Below the pieces are notes generated by a model, which was not told the origin of the DNA, did no database searches, and was given only the letters and a program-made list of their open reading frames with translations. From positions 1 through 27,382 of the forward strand of contig CAYMPD010000015.1 in assembly GCA_964392445.1 (NCBI GenBank): 27,382 bases of DNA. The letters are read 5' to 3'. Positions 1-8,920 of the stretch are shown piece after piece; position 1 is the first letter of the stretch; each line of letters starts with the position of its first letter. The position numbers and the translations under genes were made by a program. The stretch comes from an uncultured archaeon (lineage in GTDB: Archaea; Aenigmatarchaeota; Aenigmatarchaeia; CG10238-14).

Positions 1-2
1 TA

Positions 3-695
3 CAGATACACACAAAGTGGAGTGATGGTGTAAATACAATTGAAGAGATGGCTAAAGCAGGGAAGGAATTGGGATACGAATACATTGCAATAACAGATCA
101 CACAGGTAGCTTGAGGATAGCAGGTGGACTGAATGAAAAAGAAATTCAAAACCAGATGAAAAAAATAGATGAAATTAACGATAAAATCAATGGTATCACA
201 ATTCTGAAGGGAGTTGAGGTAAATATCCAATCAGATGGTAAGTTGGACGTTAGTGACAAAGTTTTGGGACAGTTGGATGTGGTTGTAGCGAGCATACACT
301 CGGGATTCAGACAAGGAGAAGAAAAAATGACAGGAAGAATAATCTCAGCGATGGAAAATGAGAATGTGAACATAATTGCTCACCCAACTGGAAGAAAAAT
401 CAAAGAGAGGAAAGCATATGAACTGAACTTCGAGAAAATATTTGGAAAATCCAAAGATACCAACACATTCCTAGAGATCAATTCTTATCCTGCTAGACTG
501 GATTTGAACGATATTAACGCAAAAAGAGTGATAGAAAATGGTTGCAGATTGGCTATTAACACTGATGCTCATAGTACTGATCATCTCAGATACATGGAAC
601 TTGGTATAGCAACTGCCAGGCGTGGTTGGGTGCAGAAGAAGGATGTGATTAATTCATTATCACTTAAAAATCTTAGAAAGGTTTTGGAGAAATAG
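3..695 (+). CDS. polX: C-terminal PHP domain of DNA polymerase/3'-5' exonuclease PolX (5'-partial, runs off the window)
   Basis: The frame is open from base 3: (L)QIHTKWSDG...ITDHT...GVEVNI...ASIHSG...IIAHPTGR...EINSYPARLDL...INTDAHS...GIATARRGW. This is the PHP motif set typical of PolX C-termini. Confidence 0.88.
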   Translation, partial: QIHTKWSDGVNTIEEMAKAGKELGYEYIAITDHTGSLRIAGGLNEKEIQNQMKKIDEINDKINGITILKGVEVNIQSDGKLDVSDKVLGQLDVVVASIHSGFRQGEEKMTGRIISAMENENVNIIAHPTGRKIKERKAYELNFEKIFGKSKDTNTFLEINSYPARLDLNDINAKRVIENGCRLAINTDAHSTDHLRYMELGIATARRGWVQKKDVINSLSLKNLRKVLEK

Positions 696-699
696 GATA

Positions 700-1080
700 T
701 TATTTCTTCTCAACTATAATCCCATTAACAACCCCATCCTGGCTGGGTCTACTGGTAATCCTAACTTTCCCCATATCAGTCTTAACAACTGTACCCTTAG
801 TTAAAATATTCCTTCTGACATAGTTTGGACTCGCGGGGTTTTCAACAACATCCAATATCTTTACCTTTTTACTCTTTTTTTCATCAGAAACATTAACAAA
901 CTGAGTCTTAGCAAGCTTTACTTTCTTATTTCCTCCTCTAGTCCTTTTGATATGTTTCTTTTCCTCTCCTACTTCCGTCAATAAAGGAATCGATCCTCTC
1001 TGGAATCTTTTCTTCTTTCTATATTGGTGTATTCTCCCACCTGTTACCTTTTTTCCTTTGTCTATGTGCCATTTTGTCAT
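700..1080 (-). CDS. rps8e: 30S ribosomal protein S8e
   Basis: Basic protein with KVTGGR, RTRGGN, NPASPNYVRRNILTKG and ITSRPSQDGVVNG. Confidence 0.97.
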   Translation of the reverse strand: MTKWHIDKGKKVTGGRIHQYRKKKRFQRGSIPLLTEVGEEKKHIKRTRGGNKKVKLAKTQFVNVSDEKKSKKVKILDVVENPASPNYVRRNILTKGTVVKTDMGKVRITSRPSQDGVVNGIIVEKK

Positions 1081-1210
1081 TTAAACCACTCAATCCTTAT
1101 TAGTAAGCTTAAGATATAAGTGTTAACATATATTTATTTAAGTTAAAATCACTCTTAATATTAAAGTTTAAATATAGAAAATGCTAAAGAAAAACAGAGG
1201 GGGTAAATAG

Positions 1211-1432
1211 ATGGCTGGAGAAAGACCAATTGATGCTTTGGATAGAGCCAAAGGAAAGAATGTACTTGTTAAATTAAAAAATGGACAAGAAGTTACAGGG
1301 AAACTTATAGCTCTGGACCTTCACTTGAATCTATGGTTAGAAAACGTGGAAGTTCAAGGAAAGGAAGATAAAAAGAAGTTCAGAATTATTCTCATTCGAG
1401 GAGATAATATCTTGTATGCTTCTCCTGTTTAA
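1211..1432 (+). CDS. Sm-like (Lsm/snRNP) RNA-binding protein
   Basis: Sm1 motif GKLIALDLHLNL and Sm2 motif IRGDNI; 73 aa; GAGGGGT RBS upstream. Confidence 0.93.
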   Translation: MAGERPIDALDRAKGKNVLVKLKNGQEVTGKLIALDLHLNLWLENVEVQGKEDKKKFRIILIRGDNILYASPV

Positions 1433-1484
1433 GGGTTTCAGGATAGACAACTAATTTATAATCAGAAACCAATAAGTCTTTCTT

Positions 1485-1925
1485 ATGGAAAATGAGAAAG
1501 AAAAGGACGAACCCGTTATTATGAAACATACTATTGAAAAGGGTGTTTCTGAATATGAGGAAATGAAAGACAGATTCGGTGATCTATTCTTTGACCTAGA
1601 AAAACTAGAACCAATAGACTTAAGTGGGATTTATGTCATTCTACCTAAGGGGACAAGACTTAGAAAGAAATCAGTTCTTTGGGCCTTTAGTTTGGCTAAA
1701 AAATGTGAATCAAAGGTTTTTCTTGCTTTAAAGAAGAATAAGACAATACTGGAGCAGATAGAAAAAGTTTCCAAGGCTTTTGACGTGGAATACGAATTTT
1801 TAGAAGGGGAAATCGGTGATTTAATGGAAGATATCAAAAAGGAAAGGAACATAGTTATCCTCCCCAGAGATACGATAAAACCTCTGAAAGACGAAGAACA
1901 GAAAGGTCCTATGTTAATTATTTAG
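1485..1925 (+). CDS. Hypothetical protein, possibly universal-stress-protein-like fold
   Basis: 146-aa ORF. IYVILP...WAFSLAKKCESKVFL...EGEIGD...IVILP resembles the USP secondary-structure pattern; lies 10 nt before a transporter gene. Confidence 0.5.
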   Translation: MENEKEKDEPVIMKHTIEKGVSEYEEMKDRFGDLFFDLEKLEPIDLSGIYVILPKGTRLRKKSVLWAFSLAKKCESKVFLALKKNKTILEQIEKVSKAFDVEYEFLEGEIGDLMEDIKKERNIVILPRDTIKPLKDEEQKGPMLII

Positions 1926-1935
1926 GTGTTTTTGA

Positions 1936-3198
1936 ATGGAACCGATAACTATAGCTTTATTGATATTCACACTAACATTTCTACTCATAATTACAGAGCT
2001 TGTTCATAAAACACTTGCAGCCCTAATCGGTGCATTTCTGATGGTTATGTATGAGTTCGTACAATATTCTGAAATTGGGGGATTGATAGATTTCAAATCA
2101 CTCGGGATAATATTTGGAATGATGATAGTAGTTGAGGTTGTAAAGGATTCGGGTATCTTCCAGTTTTTTGGAATTAAAGCTATAAAATTAGCCAAAGGAG
2201 ATCCAAAATCCTTATTTGTCATAATGATAATTTTTACTACTATCTTAGCCTCATTTTTAAGTAATAAAATATCAATTTTTATACTAGCTGCTCTAACTTT
2301 CACTCTTTGCAGGTCATTAGAAATAAACCCAATTCCGTATATAATAGCAGAATCTATCTCAGCGAATATCGGAGGTATAGTATTCTTAACTAGTTCGATG
2401 CCGAGTATAATCACTGGGGGAACTGCAGGATTATCTTTTTCAGAATTTGTAACATTTAGTCTTCCCTTTGCTATTTTACTTCTAATTTTCACTATAATTA
2501 TACTTCTATTAATATACAGAAAGGAATTTGAAGATAGTAAAAAACGTAACTTGGAAGGGTTAGATGAGTGGTCTGTTGTAAAAGACACGAAATTTTTCTA
2601 TAAATCCCTTATAATACTCGTCTTTACTCTATTATTTTTCTTGTTCTCTGATAAATTAGGTATCACCCCAGATTTTGTTGCTATTTCATCAGCAATTATA
2701 ATATTGCTTCTAAGTGGGGCTGATCCTGATCAAACTTTAAAGAAAGTACAATGGGGGACTATATTCTTTTTTATAGGGATTTTTATATTAGTTGGAGGGT
2801 TAGAGAAATCGGGGTTTCTTGAAATGATAGCAGATAAACTAATCGAGATAATAGGATCTAATAAAATTATGAGTATCCCTCTAATTGTGGCCATCTCAGG
2901 TATAACTTCAGGAGTAGTTGAGAATATTTCAATAACACTTACCTTAATCCCAGTAATCGGAAAATTGACTGAGGTACTCAATATGAGTATAATTTGGTGG
3001 TGTCTAATATTTGGAGTGGCATTGGGAGGAAATTTAACACCCATAGGATCTGCTTCAAGTATTATTGCTATGAATATTGCAAAAAAAGAGGGAGTAGATA
3101 TCTCATTTTCAGAGTTTATGAAGATTGGGTTTGTAGTAACTATTTCTCATTTATTTTTAGCTATATGTTATTTATTGTTTAGATTTTTGGTATTCTAG
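1936..3198 (+). CDS. SLC13/ArsB/NhaD-superfamily ion transporter permease
   Basis: 420 aa with about 12 TM segments; IDFKSLGIIFGMMIVV, SANIGG, VQWGTIFFFIGIFILVGGLEKSG and LGGNLTPIGSAS. Confidence 0.85.
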   Translation: MEPITIALLIFTLTFLLIITELVHKTLAALIGAFLMVMYEFVQYSEIGGLIDFKSLGIIFGMMIVVEVVKDSGIFQFFGIKAIKLAKGDPKSLFVIMIIFTTILASFLSNKISIFILAALTFTLCRSLEINPIPYIIAESISANIGGIVFLTSSMPSIITGGTAGLSFSEFVTFSLPFAILLLIFTIIILLLIYRKEFEDSKKRNLEGLDEWSVVKDTKFFYKSLIILVFTLLFFLFSDKLGITPDFVAISSAIIILLLSGADPDQTLKKVQWGTIFFFIGIFILVGGLEKSGFLEMIADKLIEIIGSNKIMSIPLIVAISGITSGVVENISITLTLIPVIGKLTEVLNMSIIWWCLIFGVALGGNLTPIGSASSIIAMNIAKKEGVDISFSEFMKIGFVVTISHLFLAICYLLFRFLVF

Positions 3199-3272
3199 GA
3201 ATTATTGGTACCGATATTGGTGGTTATATTAATGCCAATATATTTAAGTTTCAATTGTTAAAGATATTGCTC

Positions 3273-3521
3273 ATGACTTCCTACGATATAAACTTGGATG
3301 GGGTAGAACCTCGTCAAATGTGTACCCTAAATCTAGAATTAGGTAGAGCATTTCCGAAATATAGAGATAAATTTCAGATTTTAGCATCTCTCGGTCAAGG
3401 AGTTAAAGTTCAAATTATAAGGAATCCAAAAATTTTAGAAAAACTAGGTCATTTGATTGGATTAACTCGTTATCCAAGAGAAAGAATTAAACAATATTGT
3501 GAGGATCAAGGGTATACATAA
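3273..3521 (+). CDS. Hypothetical soluble protein (82 aa)
   Basis: ORF fills the gap between the permease and a convergent gene; ATG at 3273 preferred over TTG at 3255; no recognisable motif. Confidence 0.55.
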   Translation: MTSYDINLDGVEPRQMCTLNLELGRAFPKYRDKFQILASLGQGVKVQIIRNPKILEKLGHLIGLTRYPRERIKQYCEDQGYT

Positions 3522-3530
3522 TCAAATAAT

Positions 3531-4055
3531 CTATTCCTTCCTCTTCCCTTTAATCTTAAAATTCTTAGTACTTCTCTCAATAATCCTATAAACAGTCTTA
3601 CCAGCATCATATAGAAGAAGTAATATTAAAACCATCTCAATTATATCAACAACATTCTTAGCATAAGGTGTCAACTTAGTTAAGGTCGGTATCAAAGAAA
3701 CACCAACCAGAATAATAATTATTATGTAAACAAAGTCACTCAGAATCCTCCTAACATTTCTTTCTTCTACCTTCTCAAATCCAGGTAAGAGCTCCAAAAA
3801 TTCCCTGTTAACCATATCAATCAAAGGAAAGAATATACTAGCGATTTTAAAAATAATAAAAAGGCTTAAAAGAGGAAATAGAACACTCAAAACATCGAAA
3901 AGAGTATAGTCATAAATAACTTCAATCTCTTTTGAAAACCACATTAAGGGAAGCAGAAACTGATTCGCGAGGATAGTTATTATAAGCAGTACAGAAAAAG
4001 TCCACAATTTAGGTAATTTTTCTTTTATATCAACCGGAAATTTGTTGTCACTCAT
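3531..4055 (-). CDS. Hypothetical membrane protein (about 4 TM)
   Basis: Long ORF with four hydrophobic segments; divergent from rpl37e. Confidence 0.7.
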   Translation of the reverse strand: MSDNKFPVDIKEKLPKLWTFSVLLIITILANQFLLPLMWFSKEIEVIYDYTLFDVLSVLFPLLSLFIIFKIASIFFPLIDMVNREFLELLPGFEKVEERNVRRILSDFVYIIIIILVGVSLIPTLTKLTPYAKNVVDIIEMVLILLLLYDAGKTVYRIIERSTKNFKIKGKRKE

Positions 4056-4134
4056 CTTAAACACTATATTATTGAATCCCCAATAAATTAAAGCTTTATT
4101 AATCTTACTGATAATAATTTGTAGGAGTGATTAT

Positions 4135-4320
4135 ATGACAAAGGGAACACCATCTTTCGGAAAGCATAATAAAAGATCACATGTACTCTGCAGAAGATGT
4201 GGGAAAAGATCATTTCACATTCAAAAAAGACGATGCTCATCCTGTGGTTATGGTGAAAGTTCTAAAATAAGAAAATTCAAGTGGCAGAGTAAGTCCTTGG
4301 CGAAAAATAGATTGGAATAA
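4135..4320 (+). CDS. rpl37e: 50S ribosomal protein L37e
   Basis: [10 protein letters not shown], zinc ribbon CRRC...CSSC; GGAGTGA RBS; AAAGCTTTATTAA promoter-like element at about 4090-4102. Confidence 0.97.
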   Translation: MTKGTPSFGKHNKRSHVLCRRCGKRSFHIQKRRCSSCGYGESSKIRKFKWQSKSLAKNRLE

Positions 4321-4371
4321 GTAAGTTTTAAGTATATTCTTCACGAATTTTATCTTAAGAGGTAGGTTACA

Positions 4372-4893
4372 TTAAACAGAACATACAAACTTCCAGAAGA
4401 ACTCAGACAAGGATTTAGAAAACCTTATGGTAAGCTATACCCTACTACTCCTGAAGATGTTAAACAAGAACTTGAGAAAAAGTTGGAAGGTAAAAAAATT
4501 GTTTGTGTGGGAGATATAATAAGCGCAAACATGATAAAAGCTGGGTTTCGCCCTGATATAATCGTTTATGACCTGAAAAGGTATAGAAAGGATATAGAAA
4601 AAGATACGAGAAAAATTCTGGAAAATTTCCCTGGGAAAATATTCAAAGTCAGAAATCCCCCAAGCATGATCACTCAAGAATTCTGGGATATTATTCAAGA
4701 ATCACTAGAATTAAGAAAACCTGCTAAAATTGTGGTTGAAGGAGAAGAAGATTTGGCTGTAACACCATTTGTAATGGAAGGGGACATGGATACAGTTATT
4801 CTTTATGGGTTATTGGATAGAGGATTTGTGCTGGTGGAAATAGATAAAGATTTAAAAGATAAAGTAAAGAAGTTATTGGAACAGATGCAATGA
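4372..4893 (+). CDS. Archaeal GTP-dependent dephospho-CoA kinase (DUF359); start codon uncertain
   Basis: VCVGD, PDIIVYDLK, VRNPPSMIT and VEGEEDLAV motifs. The family-like N-terminus YKLPEELRQGFRKPYGKL lies in frame upstream of the TTG at 4483. Confidence 0.85.
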   Translation, partial: LNRTYKLPEELRQGFRKPYGKLYPTTPEDVKQELEKKLEGKKIVCVGDIISANMIKAGFRPDIIVYDLKRYRKDIEKDTRKILENFPGKIFKVRNPPSMITQEFWDIIQESLELRKPAKIVVEGEEDLAVTPFVMEGDMDTVILYGLLDRGFVLVEIDKDLKDKVKKLLEQMQ

Positions 4894-4967
4894 GGGCCTG
4901 TAGCTCAGCATGGAAGAGCAGCTGGCTTTTAACCAGTTGGCCGTGGGTTCAAATCCCTCCGGGCCCA
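4894..4967 (+). tRNA. tRNA-Lys (anticodon UUU), intronless, CCA not encoded
   Basis: Acceptor GGGCCTG/CGGGCCC, D arm GCTC/GAGC, anticodon arm GCTGG-CTTTTAA-CCAGT, T arm GTGGG-TTCAAAT-CCCTC (one U:U mismatch), discriminator A. Confidence 0.96.
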
Positions 4968-5053
4968 TACCCATTCCTATCTGGGCCCTAGCGAATATTT
5001 ATTTCTGAGAAATCGTCAAAAATGAATTTAATTCTAAAATTATATAGATTATT

Positions 5054-7780
5054 ATGATAAAAACCAAGCATATAAATAACTCTTTCTATTCAAAGAATAT
5101 TCATCAAGTATTAGATGAATTATCTTCTGAGATAAAAGGGCTTTCGGATAAAGAAGCGAAAAATCGTCTGGAGGAATTTGGTGTAAACGAAATACCCGAA
5201 AAAAAGAGAGATAGGACCTTTCTAATTTTTTTGAGACAATTTCATAGTGTTTTGATATACGTACTTTTCATTGCCGCTTTTATTTCATTTCTTACTAATC
5301 ATTTAATCGATGCTTATGTGATTATCGCTGTTATCTTCATTAATGCTACAATGGGATTTATACAAGAGTATAAGGCAGATAAATCAATTCAATCACTAAA
5401 AAATATAGTTGTGTCATATGCAAAAGTTTATCGAAGAGGTAAATTATTAAAAGTAAATGCAAAAGAGTTGGTCCCTGGAGATATCGTTTTATTGGAAGAA
5501 GGAGATAAGATCCCTGCTGATGCAAGACTTCTTGAAGTAAGGAATTTTAGGACTGTAGAGGCATCTTTGACGGGTGAATCATTTCCCATCGATAAAAATA
5601 CTGAAGTATTAAATGAAAAAACTCCTTTTTCTGAATGCAAAAATATGGTATGGTTGGGAACCTTTGTTGCGAGAGGACAGGCCAAGGCTATCGTTACTGA
5701 AACTGGAATTAATACGGTAATTGGTAGATTGGCTCAAGATATTGAAAAAATAAAGAAAGTAAAGAGTCAATTCGAAAAAAAAATAAATAAATTAGCAAAG
5801 AAAGTGGGTATTATTGCAGTTAGTGGTGCGTCCGTAACATTTTTAATCGGTTTTTTAATTAGAGAAATAGGTTTCTCATATATTTTACCTTTTTCAATTG
5901 CATCTCTTATTTCCGGGATTCCAGAAGGATTACCCGCAGTATTAGTTATTGTTCTTGCCTTTGGTGCAAACAGAATGGCCAAAAGAAATGTTATTATTAA
6001 GAGACTATCAGTTACAGAAACTATTGGAATGGTAACAGTTATCGCAACAGATAAAACTGGGACGATCACACAGAATACTATGAATGTTGAGAAGATAATT
6101 TTACCCGGCGAATCTGAGATTGAAGTCTCTGGAAATGGATGGGTTCCATCTGGTACTTTTTTTCAAGAAGAGAAGGTCATTCATCCATTAGGAAAACCTT
6201 CTTTAGCAAAACTTCTTGAAATAGCCGCTATCTCAAGTGATGCAAAACTTTTGATAAAAAAGGGAAGTTACGAAATTATAGGAGATCCGACAGAAGCTGC
6301 TCTAACTGTATTAACAGAAAAGGCAGGAATTAAAAAGGAGAGATTATTAGAAAGTATGAATGAAATAGACGAATTACCCTTTAATTCAGAATTAAAGTAT
6401 GAAGCTTCCCTTATAAAATTTCCAGATATATCTAAAAAAAAGGAAATTTATGTTGTTGGTAGTGTTGAAGTAATTTTAGATCGATCTTCATTTTTATTTG
6501 AAAAAAAGATGGGAAAAAAGGAACGAAAAAAAATTTTAAGACAAACAAGAGGAATAGCAAAAAAATCTATGAGAGTTCTAGCTATGGGCTATAAAGAAGT
6601 ATCAGAAGATGTGAATAGCCTTTCTGAAGACATGATTAAGGACCTTAAATTTGTTGGTTTGGTTGGAATGAAAGATCCACCAAGACCAGAAGTAAAAGAC
6701 GCTATTACCGAAGCTAAGAGAGCTGGTATCCGGATTATTATGCAAACAGGAGACCATAAGGACACTGCTATTGCTATTGCTAAGGAAATTGGGCTTATTG
6801 ATGAAAATATGATAAATGGTGAATATCCTCTGGTACTTACAGAACAAGATCTATCTAAATTATCTCAGAAGAATTTTGAGGATTCAATAAAGAATGTTTC
6901 TGTTTTTGCTAGAATGACACCAAAGATGAAATTAAGAGTTATTGAAACCCTCCAGAAACAAGGTGAGATTGTAGCTATGACTGGGGACGGTGTCAATGAT
7001 GCCCCAGCTTTAAAAAAGGCTGATGTTGGTATAGCTATGGGAAGAATTGGTACTGATGTTTCAAGGGAGTCTAGTGAAATGGTACTTACTGATGATAATT
7101 TTGCCTCTATTATTAACGCGATAGAAGAAGGAAGAATTGTCTTCAGAAACACGCAGCAGGCAAGTTCTTTTCTTGTAACAACTAATTTTGCAGAGGATAT
7201 GATTATCATATTTTCTATGTTATTTGGCCTTCCTTTACCATTGTCACCTATTCATTTACTGTATCTTAATTTAGTTACTGATGGTGTTTCAGATATTGCC
7301 TTAGCAGCTGAATCGAGTCATGGAGATGTTTTAGAAGAACCACCAAGGAGTGTAAAAGAAAGTATTTTATCAAGAGAAATTTTACCTTTTATCACTATTA
7401 TATTTAGTATCATGACAATTCTTACAATAACCACTTTTAACAATTATTTGTCTCAAGGGGTAGAAAAGGCAATGACGGTAGCTTTTAGCGTTATGGTCTT
7501 TACCCAACTGTTTAATGTATTAAATATGCGATCGCTTAAAAAATCCATCTTCAATATAGGCTTATTTAGTAATAAATTCATAATCTTATCCCTAATAGCT
7601 TCCCTTGGTCTTTTTATCCTAGTAATTTATACCCCCCTTTTCCAAGACATATTTAAATTTTCTTCTTTGGATTTATCGGAGTTGATATTTATAGTTTCTC
7701 TGTCTTCCCTGATTTTATGGGTTGGAGAACTATACAAATATCTCAAATACTCAAAAAAGAGATCTAATGGATATTACTGA
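5054..7780 (+). CDS. Type II P-type ATPase, SERCA-like Ca2+ pump candidate
   Basis: TGES, PEGL, DKTGT, TGD and GDGVNDAPALKKAD all canonical; M5 TNFAE and M6 LNLVTDG keep the SERCA-type Ca ligands. Confidence 0.93.
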   Translation: MIKTKHINNSFYSKNIHQVLDELSSEIKGLSDKEAKNRLEEFGVNEIPEKKRDRTFLIFLRQFHSVLIYVLFIAAFISFLTNHLIDAYVIIAVIFINATMGFIQEYKADKSIQSLKNIVVSYAKVYRRGKLLKVNAKELVPGDIVLLEEGDKIPADARLLEVRNFRTVEASLTGESFPIDKNTEVLNEKTPFSECKNMVWLGTFVARGQAKAIVTETGINTVIGRLAQDIEKIKKVKSQFEKKINKLAKKVGIIAVSGASVTFLIGFLIREIGFSYILPFSIASLISGIPEGLPAVLVIVLAFGANRMAKRNVIIKRLSVTETIGMVTVIATDKTGTITQNTMNVEKIILPGESEIEVSGNGWVPSGTFFQEEKVIHPLGKPSLAKLLEIAAISSDAKLLIKKGSYEIIGDPTEAALTVLTEKAGIKKERLLESMNEIDELPFNSELKYEASLIKFPDISKKKEIYVVGSVEVILDRSSFLFEKKMGKKERKKILRQTRGIAKKSMRVLAMGYKEVSEDVNSLSEDMIKDLKFVGLVGMKDPPRPEVKDAITEAKRAGIRIIMQTGDHKDTAIAIAKEIGLIDENMINGEYPLVLTEQDLSKLSQKNFEDSIKNVSVFARMTPKMKLRVIETLQKQGEIVAMTGDGVNDAPALKKADVGIAMGRIGTDVSRESSEMVLTDDNFASIINAIEEGRIVFRNTQQASSFLVTTNFAEDMIIIFSMLFGLPLPLSPIHLLYLNLVTDGVSDIALAAESSHGDVLEEPPRSVKESILSREILPFITIIFSIMTILTITTFNNYLSQGVEKAMTVAFSVMVFTQLFNVLNMRSLKKSIFNIGLFSNKFIILSLIASLGLFILVIYTPLFQDIFKFSSLDLSELIFIVSLSSLILWVGELYKYLKYSKKRSNGYY

Positions 7781-7888
7781 GAAGACAAAGGGTACATATT
7801 ATTATCTAAATCTAAAAAATCACTAGTCTAGATATTGAGGGAGACATAAATGATTTTTATATTTAAATACAATTATAGTTAGATTTGG

Positions 7889-8842
7889 ATGAGCATTGTT
7901 CTGGAATTTATAATATTTTTGGTATCTATTATTATCCTAGATATATCTAGCGACCTTATGATCAAGACTTCAGTGAAAATTTCTCGGTTCACACGCATCG
8001 GTCAATTATCTGTGGGTTTTCTCATATTATCAGTAATAACTATAATTCCAGAGTTCTCAATGTCGATGATAGCTATCTCAACCGGAGATTCGGAAATTGC
8101 TATCGGAACTATTTTAGGTTCACTTATAACACATTTATGCTTGATATTAGGTCTAGTATCAATTAAAGAACCGTTGGATTTGAATGAAAAAATATTGAAG
8201 AAATTACTTTTGATATTGTCTGTAATAGCTTTCATTATAGCATTATTAATTTTAGTTCCAGTTCATTCGAAATTTATCGGATTTATATTAATAGTTTTTT
8301 TCTTTTTGTTTTTTTATCATAATATGAAAAGAGATACTAAATCCAATTTAATCAAGAAAAAAGACTCAAAGGTTACCTTCCTAAATACCATTAAAAATAT
8401 ATTTTTAATTTTTTTAGGTTTTGTGCTAGTTTTGGTTTCAGCAAGATTTACTATAAATTCTGGGGTTAAAATTGCTAGAATACTTAAAATAAACGAGTTT
8501 TTTATCGGCTCAACACTTATTGCTTTGGGGGCCTCTATCCCGGAATTAGCAGTATCTTGGAGTGCACTAAAGAAAAGACACGAAAACCTTTTGGTTGGAA
8601 ATATTATTGGATCATCTTTTATGAACATAACTTTGATATTAGGTCTTATACTAGTCTTATCAAAAAATCAAATTAACTTAGCTTCTTCCCTTGAGTCAAT
8701 TCTATTCGTTTCTGTATCAACTATACTACTTTGGATTTTCTTGGGTAACATAGGTAGAAAAAGATTGGATAGATTTGAGGGCTTTATATTGTTGTTTATT
8801 TACCTGTTATTTGTCTTAAGGACTTTTATCAGAATTTACTAA
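7889..8842 (+). CDS. Cation/Ca2+ antiporter (YrbG/Na_Ca_ex family)
   Basis: About 10 TM with two alpha repeats (TIIPE...GTILGS and GASIPE...GNIIGSS). Confidence 0.88.
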   Translation: MSIVLEFIIFLVSIIILDISSDLMIKTSVKISRFTRIGQLSVGFLILSVITIIPEFSMSMIAISTGDSEIAIGTILGSLITHLCLILGLVSIKEPLDLNEKILKKLLLILSVIAFIIALLILVPVHSKFIGFILIVFFFLFFYHNMKRDTKSNLIKKKDSKVTFLNTIKNIFLIFLGFVLVLVSARFTINSGVKIARILKINEFFIGSTLIALGASIPELAVSWSALKKRHENLLVGNIIGSSFMNITLILGLILVLSKNQINLASSLESILFVSVSTILLWIFLGNIGRKRLDRFEGFILLFIYLLFVLRTFIRIY

Positions 8843-8894
8843 ATAAGATGAAGAAATATTGTTAAAATCTATTGGTACAATATCATCCTCTGGA

Positions 8895-8920
8895 CCATAC
8901 CTATTCTGTATTAAATTATT
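8895..8920 (+). repeat. 26-bp direct repeat, left copy (partner at 10438-10463)
   Basis: CCATACCTATT-CT-GTATTAAATTATT versus CCATACCTATT-TG-GTATTAAATTATT; 24/26 identical. Confidence 0.9.

Noticed and set aside
3216-3242. Imperfect hairpin ATATTGGT...GCCAATAT after the SLC13 permease
   Set aside because: AT-rich, short and single copy.
8860-8920. Integron attC or Xer dif interpretation of the AbiE flanking repeat
   Set aside because: No proper GTTRRRY/RYYYAAC pair or long palindrome, and no 11-6-11 dif pattern.
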